The position numbers were made by a program, and so were the translations under genes. 64,000 bases of DNA from Glaucostegus cemiculus (lineage: Eukaryota), in assembly GCA_976551045.1 (NCBI GenBank), contig CDPCPM010000033.1, forward strand, positions 12,834,001 to 12,898,000, in the 5' to 3' direction. Below the pieces are notes generated by a model. That model had not been told where the DNA came from. It saw only the letters and a list, made by a program, of their open reading frames with translations, and did not search any database. Numbering within the stretch: the stretch's first letter is position 1; every line of letters starts with the position of its first letter. Shown here piece after piece: positions 40,002 through 51,814 of the stretch.

Positions 40002-40097
40002 GCAACCAACCCACTGTACAGGCAACCCATCACCATTCATTCAGTGGAAATTCTTCCAACAATGCATAACAAATCTTACAATGGAATAATTGACTGA
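40002..40097 (+). CDS. ITGB5: Integrin beta-5 terminal coding exon (cytoplasmic tail) to stop codon
   Basis: Acceptor ttttcctttcag|. Encodes ATNPLYRQPITIHSVEILPTMHNKSYNGIID* with TGA at 40095-40097. NPLY and NKSY are separated by 16 aa, the extended spacing characteristic of beta-5. Confidence 0.95.
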   Translation, partial: ATNPLYRQPITIHSVEILPTMHNKSYNGIID

Positions 40098-40407
40098 ATT
40101 GTGAGCAAGACTACAATGTATCTGTGCCATGAATTAAGACCAGACTGGGATTGCATTACTGAATCCAGCAACTGGAAACTCTGCCTTTCTACCTCGGGCA
40201 GACTAATATCTGGAAGCATGACTGAAATTATGGCCTTTTACACAGAAATAAGATTTGGGAATTGACAATGACCCTCATCCAGAGAAAACAATGTACAAGT
40301 TCTTGTTTAGAATTATTGACTATTCACGAAGAAACTATTTCATTGAGTGTGTTGCTTAGTTATGGGAAATGATGGAGATTCAAGTTGCAACCTTTTTCAG
40401 GGCAGAT

Positions 40408-40620
40408 AATAAATTTGAATATATTACAGGATGTTATTGAGATAGTTGGCTACATTAATCCCATGATAAATATTTCTAGCAATGATAAAGCGAAAGTAAT
40501 TAATGCTAGCATGTTACCCCAGAATTGAACAGAATAGGCATTAAGGTATTTAGCATACCTATTACTGTAATCAGTTTTAAAGATAATGTAGAATGTTGCC
40601 AGAGCCACGTAGGTAATAAA
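40408..40620 (+). terminator. Candidate ITGB5 polyadenylation signals
   Basis: AATAAA at 40408-40413 and 40615-40620, in repeat-poor sequence after the stop codon. The second is followed by a U-rich stretch. The site actually used cannot be determined from sequence. Confidence 0.3.
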
Positions 40621-41519
40621 ACTTTGATTTTGTTGAAATACTGGCAGATCTCTGGTGGCAGCAGTTGCAAAAAACTGGGGGTGGGGGGGGGGGGGGGGGC
40701 GGTGGTAAACCTCCAGTAATGGAGATGGGAAGTTAACATCCCTATATTATGTGGTTTGCCTCAACTTTGTATAGACAGGGTGCCTGCGTGAGTCAGGCAA
40801 TGGGCTGTTTTAATATTCTGCAAATTACCAATATGTAATTTTATACCACATAACATCTAAAATTTCTTATTTGCTACAGCCTAAATTATTAATATTTTGA
40901 GTTGCAAATTGGTACCCAGAAGTTAATAATACTGATAATGTTACTAAGTTCTTTTTACATGTTAAGTAAAAAATGGGTAGCTGCCCTGGAAAAGGATATA
41001 TTTTCATAACATGAACTGCCTTGGACTTTTTGAACCATTTTTACAATATTGTTATGGAGCATTCTATATTTGTAAAGCCATTTTAGCACAAGAATTGCAC
41101 TTTCAAAAGTATTGCAGTTAATCAACTAAAATAATGTGGAGGTTCAAATCTCTTGTGATATAGTCCTATTATCTCTCGTGTTTCTTTTATAACCTGATGC
41201 TATTTATTGGTTGGAATAACCCAGGCTGGTACAAGTATAATAGAATTTTGGCCATTGAAATGGCAGGAATCAACAGGTGTATTTTTAAGGAAAATAATGA
41301 TGTCTTTAGCTAATCCTTATCTCAAGAGAGTACTGCCCAATATACGATTTGATGTGTTTTCTAACAGAATTAGGCAGTTGCAAAGACTTGAACAGCTAAT
41401 TAATAATTAGAAAAGCAAAAGGGGAAATGCTAACCTACGTACACCTTATGGGCTTTGATTATTTAGGAAAGGAAGGAGAGGAACACAAGTTTATTTTATG
41501 AAAAGTTATGCTTAATATT

Positions 41520-42440
41520 TTTGAGAATATAACCAGCAGTGCAGATAAGGGGGGATGGGGGGGAACTCAGTAGATGTAATATCAATATTTCCAAAAAGAA
41601 GTTGGTAAGGTGTCACTCAAAGTTGTTGCACAAAGTAAAGGCTGGGGTTGAGGGTAATATATTTGGATGGATAAAGATATTGTTAAAAGACAGAAATAAA
41701 AAGATCACTTTCTGGTTGGCAGGCTTTATCAGTGAGATGCCACAAGAATCAATATTTGGGGCTCATCCATTTACATTCATTGTAATGACTTAAATGAATT
41801 GATAGAATGGAATGTAAAATTTATCAATACCAAAACAGGTAAGAAAGTGAACTGTGAAGAGCATGCAAAGTGTCCTTAAAGAGATAAGTGGCAAGAAATC
41901 AGCAAATGGAGGATAACCTGAAGAAATGAGAGATTATTCATTTTGATACCAAGAAAATGAAAATATTTCTTTAATAGGTAAGAAACTAGTGAATATTAGT
42001 TGATGAAGGGATTTGGAATGCATTTTCACAGTGCAGGAAGCTTAGAAACAAAGTAGCAAATAGGCTTGTACCCTTTTTTCACAAGATTTTTGGCATACAG
42101 GAGTAAGTATGACTGTAAATGTGCAGGGTTTTAGTGATAGCACACGTGAAGTACTACACGCAGCTTAGGGCTTTATTTAAATAAGGAGTTACTTTCCTTG
42201 GAGGCATGCAGCATCAATCCTGGGATTAGGGACTTGTCAGGAGAGAATGAATTGGTTGGACCTATGCTCACAGGAATTTAAAAGAATGAGAATGGATCTT
42301 AATTTTTAAAAAATGGATCTTGAGAGGGATTAATATCAGTCATGAAAGAGATGCGTGATTAGCCCTGCACTCCGAGCTCCACTTCATTTTTTTTTGTCTT
42401 AATCAATGCCAGGCTTACTCCCACTCCTATTTCCTTATGT
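41520..42440 (+). mobile_element. Very old degraded CR1 LINE
   Basis: Recognisable remnants such as FQK..GKV.H.KLL.KVKA.GVEGNI..WI and PQESIFG, followed by a decayed tail. Confidence 0.6.
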
Positions 42441-44971
42441 TGGGGTTTTATATTCAGATAAAATATTGCCATCTTTAGTGTATTGGGAGAGGATGGTAAC
42501 TCCAAGAAACAAAAAAACTATGGAAAGGATATACTGAAACTTTACTGGCAATGAGGCACTACTCATGTTATTTATATTTGAAGGTTAAGAAATCTGAAGG
42601 ATGTTCAAAGTTTAAGGTTTTGTTAAGATTAGTAGAGTAAACTTATTTTCCTTGGACAGTAACAAGGTTATAAAGAAGAGAGGCTGAGGTTTTTATAGTT
42701 ATGCTTAGGGTACATGGCTAGAAGTAATGATAGAAGAATCCATAATCATTTATAAAGTGGGTAAAAATTATTTTTTTCATTTTCTCCTCCTATGCTGTCA
42801 TTGTACCACTGTTCCTCTGTGGAATAAATTCAAGTAAAGAATAATTAGAAAAAATTATACAGATTGTCCTTTTATCGTCAATTCAAAACTCCAAAGTTTA
42901 TAAGACTGAAATTATACTGTATGGGAGGAGGTCATTTACTAATTTGCTTGTGCTGGTTCTTTGAAAAAGGTGATTAGTCCCCTTTGATACTTAGTACTAC
43001 AGTTTCTTCCCCCTCACACATCTATCTGATCTTTTTGACAGTCAAATCTGCTTTACAACTCTTTCATGCAGTACAAGATTTACAGAGAATGTTTACAATA
43101 ATCAAACTGCTTATGGAAGTTATGCAATAAAATTAAGTCCATGGAAAGAATCTTCTCTCATGACTTCTTGTGGAAAACTTTACAATTTAAAATTAACATT
43201 TACTTTTTTTAGTAAATGTCATCAATGCTTTCTCTTGTCTCTTCTGGAAAGCATGTTTAATTACTGTTGTTACACAAGTAATAATGAACTCATTCATCCT
43301 TTGCTTTGCATCTTCTATCCCTCACTACATCCTGCAGAAGAATTTCAATTTCTCTCATAGTTCAGGTTGAAACTCTCTAGTCCAGCATCCTGGTGCCAGA
43401 CCACAAATTGCCCACTGATCATCTTCCTCTGTTCTTTGAGTAAAGACACTCTCAGGTCACCTAAGGGTTCAGAGCACTGTCCAAATATCAAAATTTCCAT
43501 AAGTCAAAGTTTCTCAGCTGAGATTGCAGAATTTGTACTGGCTGATTGATTAGCTACAGTATAGGAGTGATCTTAGTTCATTTTAGATCCTAATTAGAAT
43601 TAGGAACTGTACTACACATTCAAAATGTGCTGAACCAGAGTACCAGGCCATCCCAAAACACAGCAACCAATGAAGTAGTCTTGAAATTTAGACACTGTCA
43701 GCCTGGTAACTAATTTGCATACAAGATTTATTATCAACCCAAGTCAAAATCTCAGTCAGTGTCTATAGAAAATATGTATCAAATGAATTTAGCATTATCT
43801 ATTTTCTGAAGGTATCTGGGAATTAACATATTGGAACCTTCCAGGAGTTATATCCAACAAATCTAGGAGTGCATGATTCTCACAATGGGTAGCCAAGTGT
43901 GAAAATTCCCCAAGAGTCATTGATATTTATAATCTAGCAGAGAAAAACAAGGAAACCAAGAAGAGATGTTGAAAAGCAGATGGAATGTTTTCCACACAAA
44001 AATTACATGTTTCTCCTTGGGAAGTGCACAAACCCATGCAGATGATAGAGGTTTGTGCCTAGAAACTCAAAGTGATAAACCGGGCTTTATCACTGTTGAT
44101 TATAATAAGCAGGAGCAATGATAGATGAGTACCAGAAATAGCCTGATTCTAATGCTGCCTCATACTTAAATTTGGAAACAAAGGCAGTGATATTTGGATA
44201 TCCTACCTCAGAAGATAGTTTGAGCAGTGCCTGTGTAATATTGCCTTTAAATCCTGGCATTAGTGAGACATCACTAATATTACAAATGCATCCTGACCCC
44301 AATGTGAAAATGGAAAAATATAAAATCTTAGCAAATTAACATTGGCAGTGGTCAACAAATTAAGCTTCCTGGGTGTTTTGGTATTGTCAATCTTGTGAAA
44401 TAAACTTTCTTCCTTTATCAACAATAGCCTTTGTTGAATACCACACAGGGTTTCAGTGGTGGAAAGGCTGAGCAGCTCTAAATTCCTGGGTGTCAGCATC
44501 TGTCTTGTCCTGGGCCCAATACGTTGATGCAATCACGAAGAAGGCATACCAGCGGCTCAACTTCATTAGGAGTTTGAGAAGATTTGGCATGTCACCAAGG
44601 ACACTTGCAAATTTCTACTGATCTACAGTGGAGAGAATTCTGACTGATTATATCATTGCCTGGTATGGAGGCTCTGATGTGCAGGACCACGAGAGACTGC
44701 AGAGGGTTGTAGGCTCAGCCAGCTCCATCACGAGCACAACCCTCCACACCATTGAGGACATCTTCAAGACACAGTGCCTCAGGAAGACAGCATGTGTCAC
44801 TAAGGACTCTCACCAGCCAGGGCATGCCCTCTTCTCATTACTAACATCAGGGAGGAGGTACAGGAGCCTGAAGACCCACACACAATGATTCAGGAACAGC
44901 TTCTTCCCCTCCACTATCAGATTTCTTAACGGATCATGAATCCTTAAACACTACCTCATTATTCCTTTTTT

Positions 44972-45755
44972 AGAAACATAGAAAAACTACAGCACAATTC
45001 AGGCCCTTCAGCCCACAAAGCTGTGCCAAGCACGTCCCTACCCTAGAAATTGCTAGGCTTACCCATAGCCCTCTATTTTACTCAGCTCCATGTACCTACC
45101 TAACAGTCTCTTGAAAGATCCTATTGTATCCACCTCCACCGCCATTTCCAGCAGCCCATTCCACGCACTCACCACTCTGAGTAAAAAACTTTTCCCCTGA
45201 CATCTCCACTATATCTACTCCCCAGCACCTTAAACCTGTGTCCTCTTGTGGCCACCATTTCAGCCCTGTGGAAAAGCCTCTGACTATCTACCCGATCAAT
45301 ACCTCTCATCATCTTATACACCTCTATCAGGTCCCCTCTCATCCTCCGTCTCTCCAAGGAGGAAAGGCTGAGTTCCCTCAACCTGCTTTCACAAGGCATG
45401 CTCCGCATTCCAGGCAGCATCCTTGTAAATCTCCTCTTTCAGATCTTTCCTGTAGTGAGGCAACCGGAATTGAGCACAATATTCCAGGTGGGGTCTAACC
45501 AGGGACCTCTATAGCTGCAACAATACCTCTCGGCTCCTAAATTCAATTCCCCGATTGATGAACCATACGCCTTCTTAACCACAGAGTCAACCTGTGTAGC
45601 CACTTTGAGTGTCCTATGGACTCTGACCCCAAGATCCCTCTGATCCTCCACACTGCCAAGAGTCCTACCATTAATACTATATTTCGCCAACATATTCAAC
45701 CTACCAAAATGAACCACTTCACACTTACCTGGGTTGAACTGCATCTGCCACTTCC
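44972..45755 (-). mobile_element. CR1 3' fragment, same subfamily as 36905-38850
   Basis: MLPGMRSMPCESRLRELSL.SLERRRMRGDLIEVYKMMRGIDRV. The 3' UTR is highly similar to 38700-38850. Confidence 0.92.
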
Positions 45756-45780
45756 CGCACTACCTTCTAATTTATTGTGC

Positions 45781-46060
45781 AGGCACAGTAGTGTAGCAGT
45801 TGGCATTACACTATTACAGCGCCAACGACCCAGGTTCAACTCCTGCCGCTGTCTGTAAGGAGTTTGTACGTTCTCCCTATGTCTGTATGGGTTTCCTTTG
45901 GGTGCTCTGATTTCCTCCCACATTCTGACCCAAAGATGTATGGGTTAGGAGGTTGTGGGCACCGGAAGCATAGCGACACTGCGGGCTGCCCCAGAACTTT
46001 ATACGCAAAGATGCATTTCACTGTGTGTTTCAACGTACGTGTGACTGATAAAGAAATCTT
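45781..46060 (+). mobile_element. V-SINE with an alternative (Rex1/Babar-like) 3' tail
   Basis: tRNA head and V-domain, then gcgacact..gggctgcccc...aaagatgcatttcactgtgtgtttc.acgtac.tgtgact.ataaag. The same tail occurs alone at about 54622-54720. Confidence 0.8.
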
Positions 46061-46499
46061 AGGAATTTTATGACTTTGCACTGTACTGTTGCTGCAAAAC
46101 AACAAATTTCACATCATAAAACAGTGATGATAAATCTGATTCTTCTATCTTTCTAGAGTGGCTCAACAGAAAAGAATATTCAACAACAAAACCCTTTACC
46201 ACCAGAAAGAATAATTCTTGATGGCAAATGAGAAGCAGCGCAGGCTGCTACAAACTGTGTTTTCAGGATTTACAGCCATGACGTAGGTTGTGAAAATGCA
46301 GGGTATTATAACTTTGACCAAGGGAACTAGGACTAGGGGGAACTAAGATGTTATTAATCTAATGCCCAAAGTGGACATAAAGTATACCATTGCAATCTTT
46401 GGAGGGAGAAAGATACTTATTATTAGTGCCCCAGCCAAGTAGATTATTTAATTACTATTGTATTCTTGTTTCTGGGACAAGAGTGTAAATTTGTTGTTG

Positions 46500-46600
46500 C
46501 TCTTACTACAGTACAACAGTGACTACCCTTCAAAAGTAATTCATTGGCTGTGTGCGATGAGATTAAGAAAGGTGCAAAATAAATGAGTCGTTCCTTTCAA
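46500..46600 (+). mobile_element. Ancient Deu-SINE (SacSINE1/AmnSINE-like) 3' end remnant
   Basis: tacaacagtgactac.cttcaaaagtaattcattggctgt...gaaaggtgc..aataaatg. Confidence 0.55.
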
Positions 46601-49600
46601 TATCGATCATACAGTATATACAAGATAATGAGCAAAACAACCTACTACAAATTATTTCTAGTCACTGGAAATGTCTACAGGATATTTGTCCTGTTCCTAA
46701 CTTGAAACAGCTCATCACAATTTCATGCTTTGTTTCAGATTTAAATAATCAAGTAAATTTTTTACAAAAAGGCAAACTAACCAATAAATATCAGTAACAG
46801 GACAAATATTTCCTGCTAACATCCTTTAGCTTGTCAAGAAAAATGCAAGTAAAAGTTTGCAATCTTTTAAGCTGATTCATATGTACAGCATTTACGGTAA
46901 TCTTTCTTGGCTTGAAATCAGCTTTGTGAATTCTAAACTAATTCAAGGAATTTTTAAATGTCCCAAAGGCACTTTCTGGATTTCAATAACATGTCGATCA
47001 CATTTGAACTTAACAGATTGTGTGCAACCAATGGCCAAGTTCAAAAGTATCCTGCCTCCTCTAGCTTTTCAGAGTATCAAACTTTCCAGTTTCCATGGTG
47101 TCCAAGTCGAATATAAGATTCTGTTTGCAGTTGTTTCTTTTAAACTCATCAGCCAGAATCTCCATGAGGTTCTTGGGACCCCCAGTGAAATTTTGGTGTG
47201 AACCTTGGTGAAACAATTTAAAACTATAGTTTTACTTATTTACACTGTTCTTTGAGGGATTTGGCAACCTTCCAGAAAACCCCTGTGGCTATTTCAGGTG
47301 GGTTTTTTAGCATTCATGGTTCCCTGAAGGAATGTGGGGTGTTAATTTATCATTTACTCATTAGGGAAGCTTAGTTTTTGTTGGGTATCCCTCCTCAAAT
47401 CACAAATGTAAATTAATGGTTATGAATAATTAATTACAGGTAAAAAATTCCCACCTTATTCTTCAGCTTTCCAATAAACTAGCTGATTGGAACACCATCC
47501 TACTATGCTGTTCACACTGAAATAATAACCATTTTTTCCCATTTTAATTTATAGCTGTGTGTAGATTATTCTTGCAGACACTTTGAATTCCTGCATCACA
47601 GGGTTAATATTCCACTGCAAACCAGATTACTGATCTTAGTCAATTAAACACAGAATATTTCATTTTATCAATCATTCTAATTTCTTACCAACACTAATAA
47701 GTTTATAATGACTCTAATATATTTTTATCCCAAAGCACCTTTGACACAGTCCAAAAATATCCCATCATGCATTGTAATCCATTACAGTGTAAGCACTTTG
47801 TTGCACCAATTGGAAGGATGGGGACAACAAATTGTATAGAATTTGAGAGACAAAGGATACATTAAGTCCAAGAAATTACAGAAGCTGTGTTCCAATACAA
47901 TAAAGTGCTCATTGCAAGATATAGTCTGAATCTCTCAAGCGCTCACTTTCAACAGGTGTTATATTTTGCTATGAAGCCTGCATTTGTGCACTACAAGATC
48001 TGTTAGCAGAACACAGTAATCTGAATACCCCTCAGCAAATAAAATGCAGCAAAAAGTGGAATGTATATCTGGTCTATTAATGTCAGGTTTTGCAATATTA
48101 ATAAAACTTGACTGAACATTTACTACATATACACAACGAGGACAAAAAAAAAATTCAGTGCACTTGTGGACCATGGCATTCTACGTCTAGGAGCAGGACG
48201 TTCAATTACTCTACTCTGTTGGGTTCCTGATCCAAGTTGTACAAATGTTGATAGCCTCTGAACAGAGCTCTGGTAGGCCTCACTTCTGCCCCAGTAGTCT
48301 GTTGCATTAGACTGAATCCAGCATCCAGGTTTTTAGCAATCAAATAGATTCTTCCTAACAAAGGGTAACTTTGCCCCAGTTTAAACGAGAAAATGCTACT
48401 CTTGGTGTGAACTTTGCAGAAATAGAGGATGAGTCTCCAATTTCAATACATAAAGGGGTGAAATGTGCCTGTGAATGACAAGAGTACCAGCTGCCACTAC
48501 ACACCCAAGTCTTGTACTCCCAAATGAATCACTGCTGCTGGCTTTCAGCTTTTAGGAATTGTCAAAATGTGAATGCATTTAAATTTGGCCCTCTCCCTCA
48601 AATGAATTTTAGAAACAGCTCTTGATCTTCAATTCATAACATAGTTAGCAAAATAAAAATCAAAGAAAAATTACAGTAGTTTTCAGCTGGAACCAAGATT
48701 TGTTTAGGTGAATTACTGCTTAGAGTGCATAGTTTACTAATGCTCAGTTTTAGATCCACTAATGCAGAAAGGACATATGGGCAAGGTAATGAAAGGTTGG
48801 TAGTGCCCATGGCACTGCAGCCCAGCATGAAGTCTGAATCTATTTTCATGCATTCAGTCATTACATTCAGGACACAAAGCAGACGCTGTCATTCACTGAA
48901 AATACACAACGCAGAAAATAATAAATATGCAGTTGCACGCTTTAGCTTATACTTTTCACAGTAGCATTCCGTGCTAATTCAAGGCTTAATGTTCAGCTAT
49001 CCCAAAATGACTTTCTTTTCAGCACAGCAGACTGCATTTCCCAGGAAAAGGTCATCATTTCAGTGGTGGAACTCACTAACAGTTGGCATGATTACAGCAG
49101 CTGTTAAATGGTTCACTGCACAGTATTCTCATGACTCGACATGTTATTCATGCATTCATTCAGCACTTTGGCTGCTGGGAAACAAAGTGGTAAGGCGTGC
49201 CAAGCTAATCTGTAAAACCATTTGCCATATGCTGGCTGTGTTAACTCAATATGATACCCAAGATGCACCATTTTTTGACAAGAGTCCAATTGTGTTCAAC
49301 ACTCAAAAACAAGTGGCTGCTTCTCTTTGCCAAACCTTGGACTAAATCTTTGACTGGCTAGAGATGATGTTAATTGCTAACTGAAACACTTCTTTAACGG
49401 TTCACAGCAAATAAATTTAACAACTGGTTGTCAGTTGCTTTCTTAATTTTTAATAGAAATGCATCAAATTTTTAAATTGATGTATGTTTCATCTGGGAAT
49501 ACAGGTTAAATTTAATAGGATGTATTCCTGGATAAAAAGCGCTTATTCACTACTAATTTTGCTTTGATTTCCTCCTAATGCAGCAATAAACAGATGTCTG

Positions 49601-51814
49601 TTAAGTGAACTACCATAGCACTGTGACCACATGGCACCTGTGACTCTTCCACAAGCACATTCTGTGTATCTGCAGGTTCTAGAGGCTCGGGAGCAAAAAG
49701 GACACACAGAAGCAACTTACTTATTCAAAAAGGAGTCACCGCATGCCTCTAGATGCAGGCTGAGGTAAACCTACAAAGACATTCAAGAAAAAAATCATTG
49801 CAGCAAGGAGATTGATGTGACTTCATTATGGCCTTCATCCACACCTTAAAACCACTTTTAGGGCCGGGATGGCTCAGTTGCTGTTAAGGTGGCTTTTGTC
49901 TGGAATTGTTAGTGGGTTGTACCAAGCATCAGCAGAAAACAGTCATCAAATCACCCACTTTGTGGCAAACAGCTCAAAATCAAATGATCCAAGTATTCCA
50001 TGGTCAAGGTAGAAATGCAGTTCTTTTCCCAATGACTAGCTGTCAGCAACAAATTAATTACCGAATCTATGTTCTATGAATCCCTGTCACATGGACATAT
50101 TGAACAAATTCATCCAAGGTTTCTTTGAAGAGTGATATTGGCCCAGGCACTGTGGGGAAATATTGGGAGTTACTTGCATAGCAGCAACAATTCCCTGTGT
50201 AACTGATAGCGACTTTGGGAGTTCTGCATGACCATGAAAATCCCAAAACTGTATGCAGCTGTTCATTGTAGTTTTCCTGATGACACTGATGCTGGACTTG
50301 GTGAAAGTGCAGCACAGTCAAGCTGCTCTAAACTTCCACCACTTACTGTGGGGAACAAGCTCAGATAACCTGCCCAGCAAGATCTGGTTCAGAATCTCCC
50401 TTTCTACTGAAGAGGTACCTTTAGATTATTTAAATAAATTGAAGAAAAACTTTTTAAAAGCTTTTGTTTTCTTACTTGAAAGTTTCAATTTAAAAAAAAA
50501 CTTTTCAAAAGATTTTTAACTGCTGAATGGTGGATGAAATGTATTGTCCTGTTACATACTAAGTGACCATTCAAAGATCAATAGGCCCATACTGGCACTT
50601 TCCACTATGAGTAGGTAATGCAAGGTGTTGCAAGGTCCTCAACTGAGGCTGAACATTGAGTTATTTTTCCTTCCTTAAAATGTCAGCAGGAAGATATTCG
50701 TGGATACAGAATTAGCTTAGCAATATAATCTGACATTCATTAACTTCTGGCTTCGTTAGCATTATGATTTAACCATGTGTCAAAATTTCATTTTGCAGTC
50801 TGTTCTGGTCCCCTTACTGATGACATTTATATCAATTAAGGCCTGTGCTATACCACAACAAATTAAGCAGATAAGTCAACGAATTCATGCCAAAGGGATT
50901 ATGTGAGGTAACAGCAATGTTGGTGGACTAGCCATTGTTTTCCTGTAATACGCTAACTGACCCTTCAGGAATCAATAGGTCTATACTGTTGATTTCCATT
51001 GTGTGAGCAGGTATTGAAGATGAACATGAAGTTGTTATTTCTTTCCTTGTACATGAGGAGTAAGTCAGACGTAGTACAAACAAGGCCTTTGATCTCCCAA
51101 CCTGTAGATTTTCCTCTATTGATTGCAAGTGAAAATCACCAATATCATTACTATATTTCAGAAGTGGCAAATCAAGATCTCAAAAACATCTAAGTTGTTG
51201 CAGTCGAACACAGCATGGATGGGCAAGAATGAATCCAGGAGTGTACATCAGATATAAGCACATCTTACTTCAATTCATTTTCATATCCTTCCAAACAGGA
51301 AAGTAGCTTGTTCATCCAATTATGTCCTCACCTGCATCTTCCAGTATTAGAATGACACTCTGCTGCACCTGAATGGAATCAGTTCTGTTGTTTTACATAA
51401 AATGTGATATGGACAATTGAATTCTAGGAAATGAAGCACCCAAAGTATACTAGAATAAAATATACCATGGGTTTTTCAAACAAACTAAAAAATGTAATGA
51501 TACATTTGAGTTGTATGCAAAAATCAAGGAAGTGCACATGTATACCAGGCACAATCTGAGAAATACTAAACTGGTTAGAAAATGAATAGTGGACTAAAAT
51601 AAACCAATGACCACAACACGACATCAGACCAAATATAAAGGGGATAATTTCAACACCTCATCATTACAGAAAATTGCTAGTTCCATGAATGATTTTGTAC
51701 AAGTGACATACAGCAGTGTTTGGAGAGAGAGGCAGCGATTTGGTTAACAGTAATTCATTAACTCAAAGCCGGAAGGTCTATTTACTATCTGGTTCTAAAG
51801 TTATTTTCTCAAAG

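Larger units (their letters stand above)
44455..46142 (+). mobile_element. Rex1/Babar LINE 3' part, interrupted by a CR1 and a V-SINE
   Basis: KFLGV.I and VERILTDYIIAWYG...LQRVV...HQPGHALFSLL.SGRRYRSLKTHT (44455-44970). The 3' UTR resumes at about 45757 and 46066-46142 (ttgcactgtactg...aaatctgattct). Confidence 0.85.

Noticed and set aside
44071-44094. 9-bp stem hairpin agtgataaa/tttatcact
   Set aside because: A stem this short is expected by chance in AT-rich DNA.
49676-49764. Plus-strand exon candidate (ctgcag|...gag|gtaaac; VLEAREQKGHTEATYLF...)
   Set aside because: No recognisable product or partner exons. The overlapping minus-strand exon has stronger splice signals.
50928-51170. 80-aa minus-strand ORF with VGRSKALFVL, superficially like otoancorin LGRSQALFL
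   Set aside because: Short match only, poor acceptor context, and not needed in the exon chain.
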